Part shown: in pieces, positions 14,058-27,216 of the stretch
How the letters are laid out: each line of letters begins with the position of its first letter
Numbering within the stretch: position 1 is the first letter of the stretch
Assembly (NCBI GenBank): GCA_964016885.1
Contig: OZ024741.1
Coordinates: 383,470,001 to 383,534,000 of the forward strand
DNA length: 64,000 nucleotides
Direction of reading: 5' to 3'
DNA from: Eledone cirrhosa
Taxonomy: Eukaryota
Translations under genes and position numbers: made by a program
Notes under the pieces: model-generated
Told to the model about the DNA's origin: nothing
Database searches by the model: none
The model's input: only the letters and a program-made list of their open reading frames with translations

Positions 14058-14566
14058 GTGGAGGTGGTGGTGGTAATAGTAGTGATATTGTTAAGGTTAG
14101 TGATGGTTGGGGGATGGTAGGGGATGGGATAGTAGTGATATTTGAGTGATGGTGGTGATAGTGATAGTTGTGGAGGTGGTTACGCTGGTGGTGGTAATAG
14201 TGGTAGTGGCGGTGGTGGTGGTGGTGGTGGTGATAGTGTTGGGGGTTGTAATGGTTGAGTGATGGTGGTGATAGTGATAGTAGTGGGGGTGGTGGTGATG
14301 GTGGTGATAGTGATAGTAGTAGTAGTGGTGGTAGCAGTAATAGCAGTGGTAATGGTGGTAGCAGTAATAGTGGTGATGCGAGTAGAAATGGTGGTGGTAT
14401 AAAAACATTGCTGATTTAATGAATGTCCAGGTTAGATAAAAGGCCGCAGCATGATTTCAAGGAGCTTCATAGTCTTTGTTTTATTTTGTTATGTTTTTTG
14501 AAGGGATGGGCTATTTTCTTTTTTGTTTTTCTTTAAATCTTTTGTCTGTATCATATTCGGTTCTAT

Positions 14567-14567
<1 letters not shown>

Positions 14568-14645
<78 letters not shown>

Positions 14646-14660
14646 CAGCAGCAGCAGCAG
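14568..14660. repeat. (TAG)n/(CAG)n trinucleotide microsatellite
   Basis: Direct observation. Confidence 0.95.
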
Positions 14661-14995
14661 ACGTAGTAGTGTTATTTGACCAAGAGTATTTTCTCATAAA
14701 TTTGTTAGTTTGTGATAGTTAATAATAGAGATAGCATGGTGTATGTAATTTGTGGGAGAAATTGGGTTGCTATTCTTGACAGATTTAACGGCCTCCTAGA
14801 AGCTGGTTAATATGGTAGTGATTTTATCAGTGATATATTTGATTTCAATGGCAAATTTGAAGGCTAGATTTATTAGTTCATATTTACAAAGTTTTTAAAA
14901 TTTACACACGTTTCGATGGATCATAACAGAAAATAAGAAAACGAAAAGAAGAAAGAGAAAAAGAATTAAGCACCAATGAGAAAGGGGAGGGAGAG

Positions 14996-15124
14996 ATGTT
15001 ACACCCTTGGGTGAGCGATGCCTCAGCCGCATTTCGTGGCCAAAATGGCAAATATGTTACCGCGGAAAACGGCCAAAGTCCCCTGCTGCAACAGCCACCC
15101 AACCTCACGGGACTCCCTCCTCAA
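14996..15124 (+). CDS. Candidate host coding exon (43 codons, phase-0 donor)
   Basis: Non-repetitive, relatively GC-rich ORF MLHPWVSDASAAFRGQNGKYVTAENGQSPLLQQPPNLTGLPPQ followed by consensus donor CAA|GTGAGT; no partner exon identified. Confidence 0.4.
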
Positions 15125-15689
15125 GTGAGTCGCCGTCTTTCCAATGTGAAAGAGATAGTGACTGTGGTTTCTTTAGTGATCGTGATGAATGAAAATTGAG
15201 GTAATGACAATGATAAATCATCTAAACAATAGAAGAAATAGTAGTGACAGAGAAAAAGACCAGGATCGGTGGTGGGAGTGAGGGTAAGGGGTAAATAAAG
15301 GTGGTATTTTGTGGAACATTCGTCAGCATTCACATGACCTAAACTTCTAAGCGACGTATGCTTAGAAAATACGTGTCCTTCAAAAGGAAACGATACATAT
15401 ACATCATTTATGTCGACTACTAAACTAACAGTTGTCTGTAGAGGACACCTATCTACGACTACATCTGACAAGTGAACCGTTTCAGCTAAGGTGATCTCAA
15501 CTTATCTGTTTGACACAAGATAATTGGTATTTGAGAACATGCAACCTACTTTGCTACAATCATTATATAACTTCAATTTTCTTCGGTCTCCTCTCAGTCA
15601 TTCTCCCGTCTACACACACATAAGGAGAGGCATAATCTTAACATAATAATTATACTACTACAACTACTACTAATACTACTACTACTAAA

Positions 15690-15910
15690 TTATTCTGCTT
15701 CTTTGTGGAGACATGATAAAAGCTTTCCATCTCATACGATCGAACATTAACTGCCTCATTTCTTCTGTACCTTCCCCAAAGACACGTTTAATATCTCGAG
15801 GGGTCTTCCTCGTTTAAGTTTACCATTGGTGGGCTCCAATAATAAACGTTTTAAACTAGACTCGTTGCCTCTGTTCTGCATCGTAGCTAAACAGTGGTGC
15901 ATCGCTCAAT
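15690..15910 (-). mobile_element. Heavily decayed LINE (RTE-like) 3' fragment
   Basis: Minus-strand KRLLLEPTNGKLKRGRP resembles the RT C-terminal G.R.RGRP motif. Confidence 0.35.
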
Positions 15911-16485
15911 TCTTTTCCCTCCTCCTCAATCTGTATCCATCATAGTTATTCAAGTAAATCTCTAGTCTAGGACGCCACGTGCTGCTACACGATTTTTGCC
16001 TCAAATATTGTCGCTTTGGTTACAAATTTTGACCCCGTCGCCCCACATGCGGAGGAGAGGAAGACGTCTAAATACCGAGAATTGACCGACCACTTCTTTC
16101 CAGGCTAGCCGCTGTCACGACCTCGGATGTCTTCAGTTCGGCAAACTGGCATATTCCTCTGCAGAATCAGGAAACAAGTATCCTGTCTGAGGAAGGAACA
16201 CGCCAGATTGAATGGTTGACGTAGTTGGTCTCTTTCAGCGGGACACAGTTGAGGCATACCGCCAAGTTTGAGGTGTAGAATATGATGCTTCTTCCCACTT
16301 TCCCGTTTCTTTCTTTCTTTTTTGTTGTGTGCTATTTTATGTATTTTTATTTCTTTGATTAAAGTTAGAAATCGGATTATATTATTAGTGTATTTATATG
16401 TTTATGTAATCTAACTTTCCCCTTAGCAACACACCTTCTCTCTCTATTTCTGTACATATATATGTGTGAACTCATATGCATATGA

Positions 16486-16516
<31 letters not shown>

Positions 16517-16528
16517 TGTATGTATGTA

Positions 16529-16611
<83 letters not shown>

Positions 16612-16623
16612 TTAATATAGATG

Positions 16624-16674
16624 AGATTCTACAGGACTAGAACTGTTTCATTCTTTAGAAATCATCAGGAATCT
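16624..16674 (-). ncRNA. Type I hammerhead ribozyme-like motif (PLE tail; degenerate paralog at ~56320-56365)
   Basis: agattc-CTGATGA-tttctaaagaat-GAAA-cag[ttctagtc]ctg-TA-gaatct. Confidence 0.65.
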
Positions 16675-17187
16675 AGGTATCAAAAAATAAGTATGGTATT
16701 TATAGGTCTCTACAAGTGGTAGGAGATAGTGGGGAGTGGGATGGGTGTAGGCCATTGGTTGATAGAAAAGGGAAATCATTAAAAGCTAATTCTACAAAGC
16801 TATAGTTTATTTTTATTTTTAGAGTAACAAAAGCAGAAAGAATTCTATAAACAGGTTCAGGATGGGGTGCCACTATTTATTATTAAGTTTCTCTTAAGCT
16901 AACAGGTGTCTATAAGATCAGTGGGGATCAGTCATGGTAGATAGATTTAAAGGAAGGGGAGATTCTTTAAAAGCTAAATTCTTTAAGGTTCTACGAAGTG
17001 ACAAAGGTTTAGAGAATTCTGTAGACAAATTCAAAATATTGAGTGCATATCATACAATTATCTTCAAATTTCTCTTAAACTATTCAACTATATGCCAAAA
17101 GTCAACAGACACATTCACAAACACACTCACTCACACACTCGCGCGCACCCATAAACACACACACATACACATATACACACATATGCG

Positions 17188-17268
<81 letters not shown>

Positions 17269-17330
17269 TTATATATATATATATATATGAAAATACATAC
17301 ACACACACATACATACAAACATACACACAA

Positions 17331-17363
<33 letters not shown>

Positions 17364-17510
17364 TATACATATATATATACACACACACACACACATATAT
17401 ATACACATATATACACACACAGAAATATATAAATAATAAATAAATAAATAAATAAATACACACACAGAGAGAGAACCACACAAACACATACACACAAATA
17501 CCCACACACA

Positions 17511-17558
<48 letters not shown>

Positions 17559-17844
17559 CACACACACTCACACACACATACACACATACACACATATATA
17601 TGTATGTATATATATATATGTGTGTATGTGTATATATATATATGTATGTGTATATATATATACACATACACACATATATATATATATACATACACACACA
17701 TATATATATATATATACATATATACATATACATACATATACACACACATACATGTGTACACATACACATACATACATATACACATACATACACATACATA
17801 TACACACATACACACAAATATATACACATACAAATAAATAAGTA

Positions 17845-18502
17845 CTCAATAAATATACGCATATACACAGGCACATAAAAACAGCTCTACAGGCAGAAAA
17901 TGCAGATAGGTAAGAGGTACTCACATAACCATAGTGGCCGTATTTCAGGTTGAGGAGGGGTGGGGGTAGGGTGGGAAGGAGGTATAGGTGCCAATAGGAG
18001 GAGGTCGTTTTTAGCCATCGGGCTTTAACACTGGCTTAAAGTATTTGAAAGTTGCAAAGTTCTTGTGCATGCAGTTCGGGCAGTGTTCAGAGAGTTTGTT
18101 CAGTAGCGGGCCCTTGGCGAATAAGATTTCGTAGCTCTCTGAGATACAAAGGTCGCAGCCCTTGTGTCCTCCGTTGTACGAGCGCGCTTTCTGGAGTATT
18201 TTCCGTTTAAGCGTGAAGGGGGTGGAGTTCCTTTTGTGGTCCCAAACATAGGAGGCGAGTGTTGTCTGGTTTGATTTGTCCGGTCTTCTGAAGGAGTGGG
18301 TATGGGCATACCAACGGGTCTTAAAGATGTTGGAGGTCATGCCGATGTAAGTTTTTTTGTAATCATCGGTGCCTGAGATGACATCGCATTTGTATACGAT
18401 GTCATTTGTGAGGCATTTGTTTTCAAGTGGGCATGCTTCCTTATTTAGGCAATTACACAGAGCCCCAGTCCGGGGATTGGTTCGGGGGTGGTTGGCTTAT
18501 TT

Positions 18503-18505
<3 letters not shown>
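17845..18505 (-). mobile_element. Penelope-like element 3' fragment (GIY-YIG)
   Basis: CNC....CPL...CL...IVYKC......KTYIGMTSNIFKTRWYAH..SF...LASYVW...CDLCISE...LNK.SE...C.H; ORF 18011-18340. Confidence 0.85.
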
Positions 18506-19799
<1,294 letters not shown>

Positions 19800-20171
19800 C
19801 ATTGCCCTGTAAAAATAAAAACATTGTTAGACTTTGAAAAGCTGATATGTAAGGCTATTGATGCAACCTATTGGAATTCGAATTGTCCGAAAATATATAT
19901 CGGATTACGATTCTATAATTGGTCACTTACATATTAATGAAAAACGTGTCAATTACATAATAAATATTAATCCTTCATTTGGGGAATTGGGGTATTCATG
20001 TAAATTATTAATTTCTATAGAAATACTCCAGGAATTAACTTCATAGTCCCTACGGTTGATCACGGAAAAAGTATGAAAAAGGATTTATATGTTGAATCAA
20101 AAAGCTCTGTATGTTGACATAGTTTTCGATTCCAAATTACACAAATCAATTAACAGAAACCGATTACTACT

Positions 20172-20328
<157 letters not shown>

Positions 20329-20420
20329 ATATATATATATGGATATGTAACTGGTAGATCCCGAAGTATTCTGAGGTAAGCATTCAACATTCTGAATCTA
20401 ATGGTCCAGGTGGAGTACAT

Positions 20421-23400
20421 TCATCATCATCTCATCATCATCATCAGGTCGAGCTTGGTTGGCTTTCTACGACACGTTTCCTCCATCCATCTTTGTTTCT
20501 CATAGCGTTTACCAGTTCTTCCGCAGTGTATCCAGTATCGTCCTCAAGTTGCTTGACGTATGTCTTCTTGGGACGACCAGCGTTTCTTGCTCTATGAGAT
20601 GGACTCCATAACAACACATCACCTGCTATTTCTTCCTTGCTGCGCCAACAGTGGCCAGCAAATCTGAGTCTCTGTCCACGTATTGACCTGCTGATAGGTG
20701 GTATATTGCCATAGAGATCCTTATTTGTTGGGTATTCCCTCCAAAACACGTTTAAAGTAGCGCGGAGCATACGTCTGTATGCCCCGTCTAGCCTTTTCTC
20801 CAGTTTCGACGTTAGCGTCCAAGTGATAGAGCCATAAACAAGCACAGATTCCACAGCAGCTCTGAAGAAATTCCTTTTCAGTTTGGCCGGCAGGTTTGTT
20901 TTCCACATCTCTTCCATTGCATTCAATGCTCCCCAGGTTTTTCCCAGTCTGATGTTAACATCATGTTCTGTGGAGGCGATATAGCTACCCAGGTATTTTA
21001 AGTCGTCAACTAGCTTGATTGTATCGCCGTTTAGACTTCGCATACCAACTGAGGAGTCTTGGTTCAGGCAAATATATTCTGTTTTGCCTGCGTTGACATA
21101 GAGTCCGATTTCCTTTGCAACTGATTCGATGCTGTGAAGTAGTGATGTTGTATCCTTAAGGTAGTCAGCGAGGACCGCTAAATCATCCGCATAGTCAGCA
21201 TCGGTGATTTTCTGAGCTGCATGGCGTCTACACTTTCGCTTTGCGAGATTGAAACCTAGCTCTAAGTTTTCGTCCAGGGATTTTCTCAATACATAGTCGA
21301 GGCAGAAGATAAAAATGTATGGTGCAAGTGTATCCCTCTGGAGCACTCCTGCAATGATGTCAAAGAAGTTAGTATCTGCATCAGGTGAGCGCACCATTGC
21401 GCGGGTGTTTTTATATAACATCATGATGGCATTTACTGTTTCCTTTGGCAAGCCGTAGGCTAGAAGTATCTCTCTCATCCTCCCACGATGGATGGAATCG
21501 AATGCTTTTGAAAAGTCAATAAACAAGAGAGTTGCTGGGAGGTTTTTTCCAAGATTTGCCCTGATGTTGATCTGTTGGTGCGGAAGCCATTTTGTTTTTT
21601 TCTCAGCAAGGGGTCAATGACAGGTCTTATTCTGTCAAACAGCATGAGATTGTATATATTTGCGGCAATTGCCGTTAGTGTTATGCCACGGTAGTTTTTT
21701 GCCATTCCAAGATCGCCCTTTTTGGGAAAAGGGAGTATACATCCCTCAATCCATTTCTTTATGGGGTCTTGATTATAGACAACATTACACAACTCTAGTA
21801 GGATTGGGTGAAATTCAGGTACCTTCGACACTTCAGCTGGGATGTCGTCGAGTCCGCACGCTTTTCCGTTACCAATACTTTTCACTGCCTTCTGTAGTTC
21901 CTCCATAGTGAAAGGACCTTTCTGTATATGGTGTTCCTCTGTAAAAACGGGTATTATTTCTTCTTCGATGATCTGTGGTGCTTTGTCAAGTAGGTTCTGA
22001 AAATGTTGTTGCCACAGTTTTAAACGTTCGTCTTGGCTGGAGGCTTTCAGTTTGGCTCTGTCACTACTTTTTCTGCCACTAATTTCATTGACAGTTTTCC
22101 AGACTTCAGCAGACTTCTTATTGCTGACAGTACTCGAGATATGATTGATCTTTCTCTGCATGTATCGGCTTGCTCAATTTCATACTCACTTTTCACTGCT
22201 GTACAAGCAGCATTGAAGTTACTAATGTTTTCTGGAGATCGTTGAGTGTCTTTCTATTCTGCAGCATTTCGCAACTCTTTGCATTTTTGGCGTATCCTCT
22301 CTGTTTTCCAGGGTTTTCGTGTTTTAACCTTGGGTTTTAAAGGGAAGGTGTCGGCTGCTGCTTCTTTGAATGCCATTTGAAAGTGGTTAAATGTAGAATT
22401 TGACGATTTTGCTGGCGCAGAGTTTTGTAGGGCAGCAAATCGGTTGCTCAGTTGGGTTACAAAGGTTTTGTAAGTCTCAGGATTGGCATTCAGAACTGCC
22501 CAGTTGTAAGGAGTAGCACTTGCAGATTTCTTTTTATCCACTCGGAGACCTAATCGTATCTTGGCCGAGACAATGCGATGATCCGAGTCAACATTAACAA
22601 ATGAGTCATATGCTCTGCAGTTTTTTGCGCTGTTCTTCCATTTTAGATTGATTATGATATAATTCAGTTGTCTTGTCGCCATTTGGAGATTTGTGTGTCC
22701 ACCGCTGGCCTGGTCTTTTTTGGAATATGGCGTTGAGACAACGTAAATTATTCTCACACAAGTAATCTTTTAGCATACAACCGTTTGTATTGGTTTGTCA
22801 GTGGTATGAGAATTTGAATCCAGCAAGCTGTCCAAGACGCGCGCGAAGTCTCCGCCAATGATGAAAACATTATGTTTCAGGATTTGTCTAGTGAGTGATG
22901 TTAGTTCCATGTAAAACCACTCTACTTCGACCATGTCACATACATTTGCTGGACTATAGCAAGAGATTACAGTGGTTTTAGGATTCCCGTTAAACGTAGC
23001 TATCATTATCCTTGATGTTATCATTTCAACACTCGCAAGTGCATCATAGGCACGCGGGCTGAAAAGCATTCCAACTCCACCATTTGCTGCATTCATGTTG
23101 TTTTTCTAAGCTCAGCAGGTTATCAGCCTCCAATTGCCAAATATTTGCTCCTTTGTTACAAGCTCTTCATGTATGAACCGGTGCTCCTGAAGACAGATAA
23201 CATCATGGTTGGTCGCCCCTGCTGAAGCAATCAGTTCAGGGATTTTATGGTCTTTCTGGAGTGTTTGAACATTGAGTGTACAAGCAAAGATGTCTTTCTT
23301 TCCGTGTACAAGTCGAGTTGGTTGTTTTTTCCGTGTATGTTTCCCAGTATCTGATTTTTCGACTGCAATCTGGGAATCCGTTGCAGGATGGGCTCCTTGT

Positions 23401-23767
23401 TTAACCGCGCAATGAGCGCTGCGGGATAAACATCGAAGGGTTTGTGTCATATTTATCTTTCAATGGCTGGATATACACTTGCGGTCGCTACTCCATACAA
23501 GTGAAAGCAGTACTCTGTATTAGAGCGGTTGTGCCTCACCGAAACATCCAACAGTAGTTGATATGATCGCCTTGACACTAGTAGTATGAACCAAATTCAC
23601 AGTTACTTGATCATTGCCTTATCTACTGATACGACATCCTGCTTATCGTCGTTTATCCCAGTCAGGATTGGTTTGACAGATTGCCTATCAAGGCCAAAGA
23701 GCTCTGTCCGCCCGGCTTTAAAATCAGAGTGGTCCCTCTCCTAGACAGATTGCCGACCAAGGCTACC

Positions 23768-23800
<33 letters not shown>

Positions 23801-24017
23801 CACTATATACACATTTACACAATTTTTGGATGGCCGTTGACTCTTATGAGTTCTTCCGCCCTTTGTCAGGTTTTGTCTTTGTCCTGCAGGATGTCCAAAA
23901 TCACCCTCCTCACCAAGTAAACTAGATGGGGTTGCCGGTTTAGTCGCCGACGACCCGACCATGCGACAAGTTGTACTGGGTTACATGTTACCAGTAGCAC
24001 TCGATACTGGCCTGACT
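20421..24017 (-). mobile_element. Near full-length RTE-clade LINE (APE endonuclease + RT), frameshifted
   Basis: APE motifs (TLNVQTL, DVICLQEHR, GGVGML, SCYSP, IIGGDF, SDHRIV); RT motifs (KKGDL...NYRGITL, FIDFSKAFDSI, GVLQ.DTLAP, DYADDL, KYLGS); (TGA)n 3' tail at 20421-20445; 5' UTR to ~24017 interrupted by a microsatellite. Confidence 0.92.
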
Positions 24018-24099
24018 ATGTATATATACACAAACATATATATATATATGTATACACACACAAACACATATATATATACACATATACACACAAACACAC

Positions 24100-24160
<61 letters not shown>

Positions 24161-24308
24161 AATGTTTGTGTGTGAGGGTGTGTGTGTGCATATATACATA
24201 TAGTGTGTGTGTATGTGGTGTATATATATATACATATGTGTGTGTGTATGTAGTGTATATATATATATATATACACACACCCACATATACACACATACAC
24301 ACTCACAA

Positions 24309-24381
<73 letters not shown>

Positions 24382-24529
24382 GTATAGGATTATCCTAGAT
24401 GTAGTAATGGTTCTGCAAATAGTTGATAATTTGCACATAGCATAACTAGGCTGTACTACCACCGTGGAAACATTTGTAAGCACACGGAATAAATTACCTT
24501 TTTTATGATGTCTACCTGTTATTATTCAT

Positions 24530-24592
<63 letters not shown>

Positions 24593-24829
24593 TATTCAGG
24601 GAAGAATAAGTATGGATAATGTGTTTTTGGAACAATTTATTCGGAATGTTTGACCACCATGCAGTGTGTTGATTCAATTATATAAATCCGGCCTCTTTAG
24701 ATGGTCTCCCGAACATAATTGCCTACCCCTGGTTCTCTGAAGAACAGGGGGGATGGATAGGGGATGTGATAAAATTCAATGTTTTGTACATCCCTAACCC
24801 TCTAGTTTTTTCTCAAGTGATTGTGTCAG

Positions 24830-25500
24830 ATTCGATATACCTTGTCTATACAACACTGACTCGACAGATATTATGAAGAACGATATTTTGATTTTTCTGG
24901 CTAGATCTGACTTCCATATCGTTTCCATTTTGTTTTTTGCAGCCCAGTCATTTGAAATTCTAATGTCAATATCCTTTTTTCATGAACACATCCAGCTGCC
25001 CAAATCTTAAAAAAATATATATATAATCATCTCGATTTAGTTTTCCACGACCAAAAGAGACAAGATTTCCCTCTTTTTGCTTTAGTGACATGTACTCTGT
25101 CTAAGTAACACTTACGTGTAGAGCAAATTTCCTGGCAAAGTATTCGACTTTATGAAGGAGTTCTTGAGTTTGATCACTGGTATTTGTTAGAGGAGTTATA
25201 TCAACGGCAAAATATGTACCACAGAATTTGTTCTGGCGTTTAGGAGAAATTAAAAGTGCGTAGAATCCCCTATCGTTATACATAGTTAAGAGGTACACTT
25301 TTGCAAGGCATAAAACCCGTTCATCCACCATTCAGGGATACGACGAAAGGGAGTCAAGCTTTATAACCTGTATATTTCCTGTGAGTATATTCAAGCTTGC
25401 AGACAACGACAAACTGTTCTTTTGTCACGAGGATCTTTGTGGTTGTGCAAATGATCATCTATTTTCACAATAGATATACACTTACACTCTATTTAGCAGA
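24830..25500 (-). mobile_element. Old RTE-like RT fragment
   Basis: YFAVDITPL....QTQELLHKVE....FALHVSVT*TEYM resembles FADDIALL...AQELL..VE...GL.LN..KTEYM. Confidence 0.5.
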
Positions 25501-25787
25501 GAATTACAGGTTTTCAGGAGAAGTTGCGCCCCTTTTTAGCATCTGAAAAACAAAGCATACCGCTTCGCTCATCAAGTAACAAGTAGCGCGACCCTGATAG
25601 AAAACCAGATCAGGCTCGAAGAATTGGTTATTGGACACCTACACAAATGCGAGATATCAACATGAATGGAACTGTTATTGATATCTAAAGAAATTGTTTC
25701 CAATTCCAACCCGCCCGTCCCCTCAATATAATATAACCCTTCTATGTACTGTATCGATTGTGTTGTTATTTCCGGTTTACGTTTTAC

Positions 25788-25857
<70 letters not shown>

Positions 25858-25869
25858 CAATATTAGAAA

Positions 25870-26780
25870 CAAAATTAAGGTATGAAATTATATGTAATCT
25901 TTCATTTCTACGCATGTTTCAATGCAGTTATAATGTCACATTCGTTTGCAGAGCAACTAGAAATTATCGCTTTACAATTAACTACATTATACAGTAACCG
26001 TATATGTTCAGGCCTGCTTAAAGATGAAGGAAGAACAATAAATAAAATGAGAGATGAACAGTATATCAAATGAAGGAAAATAACAGTAAATAGTATACCA
26101 AATCTACTAGGAAGAAAAAATATATTATTTAAAATGTTGAACCAGATTAGCGAATACGGTAATATCTACGAATGCTACGCGTATATTTTTCTATATATAT
26201 GTTATTTTGTATCTTTTATATATCTTTTTCTTTACAAATTATGCTAACTATATGTACCTACCACTGCTTTGTATGTACTCTTCTTACAACTGAATCGACA
26301 AACCTCATTCTACCTATATAAAGATAAACGATAGCAAACTTCTAGATAAATAAACTATACATTAGCCCATTCACTGCATTGTAATGACATATAGACTTCC
26401 ATGGCTTTTATTTTTAAAATCCTCCTGCATGACGTTCATTTAAATCTAATTGCTTGGTTTTAGGTTAAATGTTTTTTGATATTGTTTTGTTTATTCTTTA
26501 AACCTTTTGAGGTTAAACCTCATTCAAATCGTATTTATTCTATGTAAGTTTTCCTGAAGGTATTCGGATAGTGTGGAAAATGTGTGATGTAGTTAATTGC
26601 TAATTGATAATTTCCAGTTATTCTGCAAATGAATGTGACATTATAACAGTATTGAAACGTGCGTAGTAATTAAAAAATAAATATAATTTCATATCCTTGA
26701 TTCTTTTCAAATATTGAAATTTAAAGCTTTGCTACCTGAACCATCCTTAACAACAGGATATCTTAACTGTCAATAACTGT
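25870..26780 (+). mobile_element. Decayed PLE 3' end with degenerate HHR (26547-26671)
   Basis: FQCSYNVTFVCRATR resembles a GIY-YIG remnant; CTGAAGG...GAAA-cgtgcg-TA; tail homologous to 9320-9500. Confidence 0.45.
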
Positions 26781-27028
26781 CAATCGTTCAGTTTGAAAAC
26801 CTGGGGAAGTAAGGAGTGTAATGTGAATAGAGCTTCTCTCATCTTACACCCCCCCCCCCAAAAAAAAATAGTGAAGTACAACACTATCATCACATATGTG
26901 ATATATATATATAAATGTGTGAGTGTGTGTGGGGGAGGTGTGTGAATGTGTGTGTGTATACACACACACACACATACATATAACACTAAGAATCCATATA
27001 TACACGCACCAGCCATACACACACACAT

Positions 27029-27095
<67 letters not shown>

Positions 27096-27096
27096 A

Positions 27097-27131
<35 letters not shown>

Positions 27132-27132
27132 A

Positions 27133-27214
<82 letters not shown>

Positions 27215-27216
<2 letters not shown>

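Noticed and set aside
24640-24750. Possible HHR on the minus strand (accat-CTAAAGA...atggt)
   Set aside because: Core mutated and no GAAA; at best a dead remnant
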